A stretch of DNA of 64,000 bases from Nitrosopumilus sp. Its GTDB lineage: Archaea; Thermoproteota; Nitrososphaeria; Nitrososphaerales; Nitrosopumilaceae. The stretch is from positions 576,001 through 640,000 of the forward strand of contig OZ245040.1 of NCBI GenBank assembly GCA_965224195.1, written 5' to 3'. The stretch's first letter is position 1. Every line of letters begins with the position of its first letter. The notes under the pieces were generated by a model, which did no database searches, had not been told where the DNA came from, and saw only the letters and a list, made by a program, of their open reading frames with translations. The position numbers were made by a program, and so were the translations under genes. Shown here in pieces: positions 61,000-64,000 of this stretch.

Positions 61000-61790
61000 A
61001 CTAAAGATTTTTTCATTAAATGAAATAATATTTTAAATTCTAAAGTATCAAAATGCAGTAATTTTTCCTTAGTTAAAATTTGAATGCGTTCATAATTTTG
61101 TTCCCAACCAAAATTTTGTAAAAATGAAAGAATTTCACAAGCAGATTCATTCGAATTTGAGAACAACGTAATAATTAGTGTTTTATCAAAATGTTCAGAT
61201 TCAGTAATTATTGCAATAGAGTTTTGGAGGTCAACTGAAGAATTAACAATTCTATTTTGTTCATAAAATGATTCCAATGTTTCATCATCAATTGGAAGCC
61301 ACCTCCAGGATTTTACATAATGAGAATAAGATTTAGAATTAATAGATTTATCAAAAGTGATATTATGATTTGGATTATTTTTTGGTTCGATGGTGTAAAA
61401 ATTCCATGTTTGAAAAATTTCATAGTTTAGAGACTGAGCCATAGAAATTGAAATGGGGTTTTCTGTATCTATTAACATGAATGAAAAAGGTAGATTTTTC
61501 TCTAAACCTGTGATTTCAGCACGTTTTACTAGTTCAGATGCGATGTTTTGGCGTCGAGAATTTGGCTCAATTCTGATTCCTTCAATCCAAACTTGATTAT
61601 CAGAATAAAAGGCATGACAAATTCCAACAGGATCTAGTTTTTGTGCTAATAGTAGATGACCTTCAGATATCCAATAATTCCAAACATGTTCCACATAATC
61701 TCCCCATGAAAAAGTATTTTTGCAGAATTTCAAAACACGTGTTTTATCTGAATTATTTGCTTCTCTAATTCTCAATTTTGTCATATACAA
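60996..61790 (-). CDS. GNAT family N-acetyltransferase
   Basis: IREA...D, WIEGIRI.P..RRQ.IA and N..S. Confidence 0.8.
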   Translation of the reverse strand: MYMTKLRIREANNSDKTRVLKFCKNTFSWGDYVEHVWNYWISEGHLLLAQKLDPVGICHAFYSDNQVWIEGIRIEPNSRRQNIASELVKRAEITGLEKNLPFSFMLIDTENPISISMAQSLNYEIFQTWNFYTIEPKNNPNHNITFDKSINSKSYSHYVKSWRWLPIDDETLESFYEQNRIVNSSVDLQNSIAIITESEHFDKTLIITLFSNSNESACEILSFLQNFGWEQNYERIQILTKEKLLHFDTLEFKILFHLMKKSLV

Positions 61791-61823
61791 AAAATTATTA
61801 AGAATAATTAGATAAAAACTTCA

Positions 61824-62132
61824 ATGGGAAAAATTATTGCCGGTAAAACATCAGATATTCCACCTGGAAAAATGATCAAAGTATCTATTGATGGTAGAGA
61901 TATTCTTGTTGCAAATATTGATGGAGAATATTGTGCTACAGATGACTCATGTACTCATTCAGGCTCTAGTCTATCTGAAGGGAAATTAGATGGCTGTACA
62001 ATTACTTGTGGATGGCATGCAGCCGAATTTGATTGTAAAACTGGTAAATTAATGAAATTCCCAGCAAAAATTAGAGATTTAACATCATACAATATTGTCG
62101 TAGAATCAGACAATGTCTTTGTAGAGATATAA
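61824..62132 (+). CDS. Rieske (2Fe-2S) ferredoxin
   Basis: CTH...L..G and C.WH...FD. Confidence 0.92.
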   Translation: MGKIIAGKTSDIPPGKMIKVSIDGRDILVANIDGEYCATDDSCTHSGSSLSEGKLDGCTITCGWHAAEFDCKTGKLMKFPAKIRDLTSYNIVVESDNVFVEI

Positions 62133-62167
62133 CTATATTCTTCTAATTTTTAAGAAAAGATGTAAAA

Positions 62168-62437
62168 ATGGTTGACGACTCTCAAAATAAAGAATCTATG
62201 AAAGGAGCAATTGAAACACTAGAACAAATTACTTCTAGCAACTCAACTCCAAAAACAATCAAGAAGTCAATTACAGATTTAATTATAGAACTCAAAAATA
62301 CAGAATATTCACTATCAGTTAGGGCAGCAAATACTATCAGCCTATTAGATGATGTAACACAAGATGCTAACATGCCTTCATACGTTAGAACTCAATTATG
62401 GCAAGCAGTTTCAAAATTAGAAAGCATAAGAGAATAA
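62168..62437 (+). CDS. UPF0147 family protein
   Basis: P..I, VRAA..IS.LD....D.NMP...RT.LW..VS.LE. Confidence 0.88.
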   Translation: MVDDSQNKESMKGAIETLEQITSSNSTPKTIKKSITDLIIELKNTEYSLSVRAANTISLLDDVTQDANMPSYVRTQLWQAVSKLESIRE

Positions 62438-62462
62438 ATTCTCGTACAAGATATCAAGCATA

Positions 62463-63224
62463 ATGAAAATTGAAGAATATTTAAAAACTCTTCCTGAAAA
62501 TTTGCTTAGTGGTGAAGATGTTCAATTGCCTGAAAAATCATTTCGTGAGATTTTTAAATTTGTAGATTTAGGTGAAGATGATATTTTTTATCATTTAGGA
62601 TGTGGGAATGAGGAAGGGATTGAACTTGCTCTAAATGAATTTAGAGTTAAAAAAGCAGTTGGAATTGATAATAATTCTAAAAAAATAAAACAAGCAAAAA
62701 AAAATCTTAAAGAAAAAAATACCAAAGCAGATTTGATTTGTCAAAACATAGAAGATTCAATTTTCTCAGATGCATCAGTGATTTTATTCTGGTTTACGGA
62801 TGAAAATATAATTAATAAAATGATGAAAAAATTTGAAAATCTTAAAGAATGTACAAAAATAATTACAATTTGGGGACCTCTGCCAGAGTGCCTTCCAGAT
62901 AAAGTAAATTTTCCATATATTATCAATAAAGTCCCTCTCAAAAAAACACAAAATTTACAAGAACAGCTGTTATCCATTTTTGGTGTGAAATGTGTTGATT
63001 TTGTTACGGCCTGGGAATTCGCTGAAAGATATACCAAATCAATAGGTTCTCCAAAAATTAAAAATGATCGATTTTTGACTATTATTCAAACATTAGTAAT
63101 TTGGATTAATGCAAAAAAACTAGGAGTGGCATGTGGAGAAGGAATTCCAGAATCTATTCAGACATATATCAACATCATGAAGATGCATTTTAACATTGAT
63201 TTTGAATATCTATTAAAAGAATAA
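62463..63224 (+). CDS. Class I SAM-dependent methyltransferase-like protein
   Basis: FYHLGCG motif I variant and VGID. Confidence 0.7.
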   Translation: MKIEEYLKTLPENLLSGEDVQLPEKSFREIFKFVDLGEDDIFYHLGCGNEEGIELALNEFRVKKAVGIDNNSKKIKQAKKNLKEKNTKADLICQNIEDSIFSDASVILFWFTDENIINKMMKKFENLKECTKIITIWGPLPECLPDKVNFPYIINKVPLKKTQNLQEQLLSIFGVKCVDFVTAWEFAERYTKSIGSPKIKNDRFLTIIQTLVIWINAKKLGVACGEGIPESIQTYINIMKMHFNIDFEYLLKE

Positions 63225-63264
63225 TCTGTGTAATCCTTTTATTTTGTTTTTACTTGAATAGAAT

Positions 63265-63612
63265 ATGGTTGGAAGAATTAACATTAATGTTTCAGCAGTA
63301 GATTATGATAAAACTAGTAAAGCACTAACTCATCAATTATCTCTTTTAGAAGAAATGGTTCATGGAGAAAATGATTTTGCTATGACAGATTCAGAATTTG
63401 CATTTGGATGGCATTTTTTTGTATTAAGTATCAATAGATCATTAGTAGAAAAGCTAATAGAAATGATGGGTGCTGATTATGATAAAATTAAGGGCAAGGG
63501 AAACGAAAAGAAGTTTTTAACATGGTTAACTAAAAACTTAGAGAGCAAATCTCCTAGATTCAAACTAGCCATTAAAGAAGAGATGGAATCTAGCAAGTTT
63601 GGTATTTTTTAA
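63265..63612 (+). CDS. Hypothetical protein
   Basis: 115-aa ORF containing EFAFGWHFF. Confidence 0.65.
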   Translation: MVGRININVSAVDYDKTSKALTHQLSLLEEMVHGENDFAMTDSEFAFGWHFFVLSINRSLVEKLIEMMGADYDKIKGKGNEKKFLTWLTKNLESKSPRFKLAIKEEMESSKFGIF

Positions 63613-63712
63613 AAATTGATAGACACTGAACATAATTTGTTAAATTAGATCTAGACCCTAAAATAATACCCCAATTAGATGGATCACATAATTTTATTTT
63701 CTTATTTGCTGC

Positions 63713-63820
63713 CTATTGAGTAGTTGTTTTGAAATATTTTTGGCGGTATTCATCTGCTTTGCAGAAGATTGGAGCAGAAACAATTTCAGTAACAATAGGC
63801 TTATCATACTCTCCTGATTT
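63713..63820 (-). pseudogene. msrA: C-terminal remnant of peptide-methionine sulfoxide reductase MsrA
   Basis: Hand translation KSGEYDKPIVTEIVSAPIFCKADEYRQKYF matches the MsrA PIVTEI...F..AEEYHQ.Y pattern; no start codon or N-terminal part. Confidence 0.7.
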
Positions 63821-63839
63821 TTAATTAAGAAAAATTGGT

Positions 63840-64000
63840 TTATTCTGATAGATTTATAATTGCAATTTCTGACGGATTAAGAAACCTTGGTGCAGGAGTT
63901 AAACCACACGTGGTGTACACATCAGTGTCATTTACAATGTAATGCCGATAATCATGATCTCCTTCAAATCCAACTATTTTTGGCATAGAGCCAACATATG
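63840..64000 (-). CDS. 3' end of a probable metallophosphoesterase (truncated by the window edge)
   Basis: Hand translation ...VYTTCGLTPAPRFLNPSEIAIINLSE* resembles the YkuE-type C-terminal G...RF..P.EI..I.L motif. Confidence 0.5.
   Translation of the reverse strand, partial: YVGSMPKIVGFEGDHDYRHYIVNDTDVYTTCGLTPAPRFLNPSEIAIINLSE

Overview
AT-rich archaeal chromosome segment from an ammonia-oxidising thaumarchaeon (Nitrosopumilus-like). This is inferred from the unsplit Rpo1/RpoA, the PEFG-CTERM and CFI-box-CTERM surface proteins and a type-1 IDI. Core blocks are rpoH-B-A..rpl30e-nusA-rps12-rps7, rps13-rps4-glmS, cobT, and rpoN-eno-rps2-mvk-ipk-idi-GGPPS-gltX. There are two tRNAs (intron-containing Gln-CTG and Leu-GAG), a nickel-pincer cofactor cluster (larC-larE-cysteine desulfurase / mdh-larB) with no larA in the window, and a multicopper oxidase-ZIP-CDF metal locus. 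Accessory content includes a four-gene PEFG-CTERM array with exactly shared 3' ends, an S-layer-like gene broken by a decayed IS5-family element, a TPR gene with two nonsense codons, and a 3.2-kb HNH/PIN toxin-antitoxin islet flanked by an 11-bp direct repeat. The strongest unexplained signal is a 144-nt intergenic element (7509-7652, minus strand). It folds into a closing stem plus three homologous hairpins, has its own TATA-like box, and shows strand-specific G-U pairs and a compensatory change, so it is a candidate novel structured ncRNA. All calls come from reading the sequence by eye; no searches were run.
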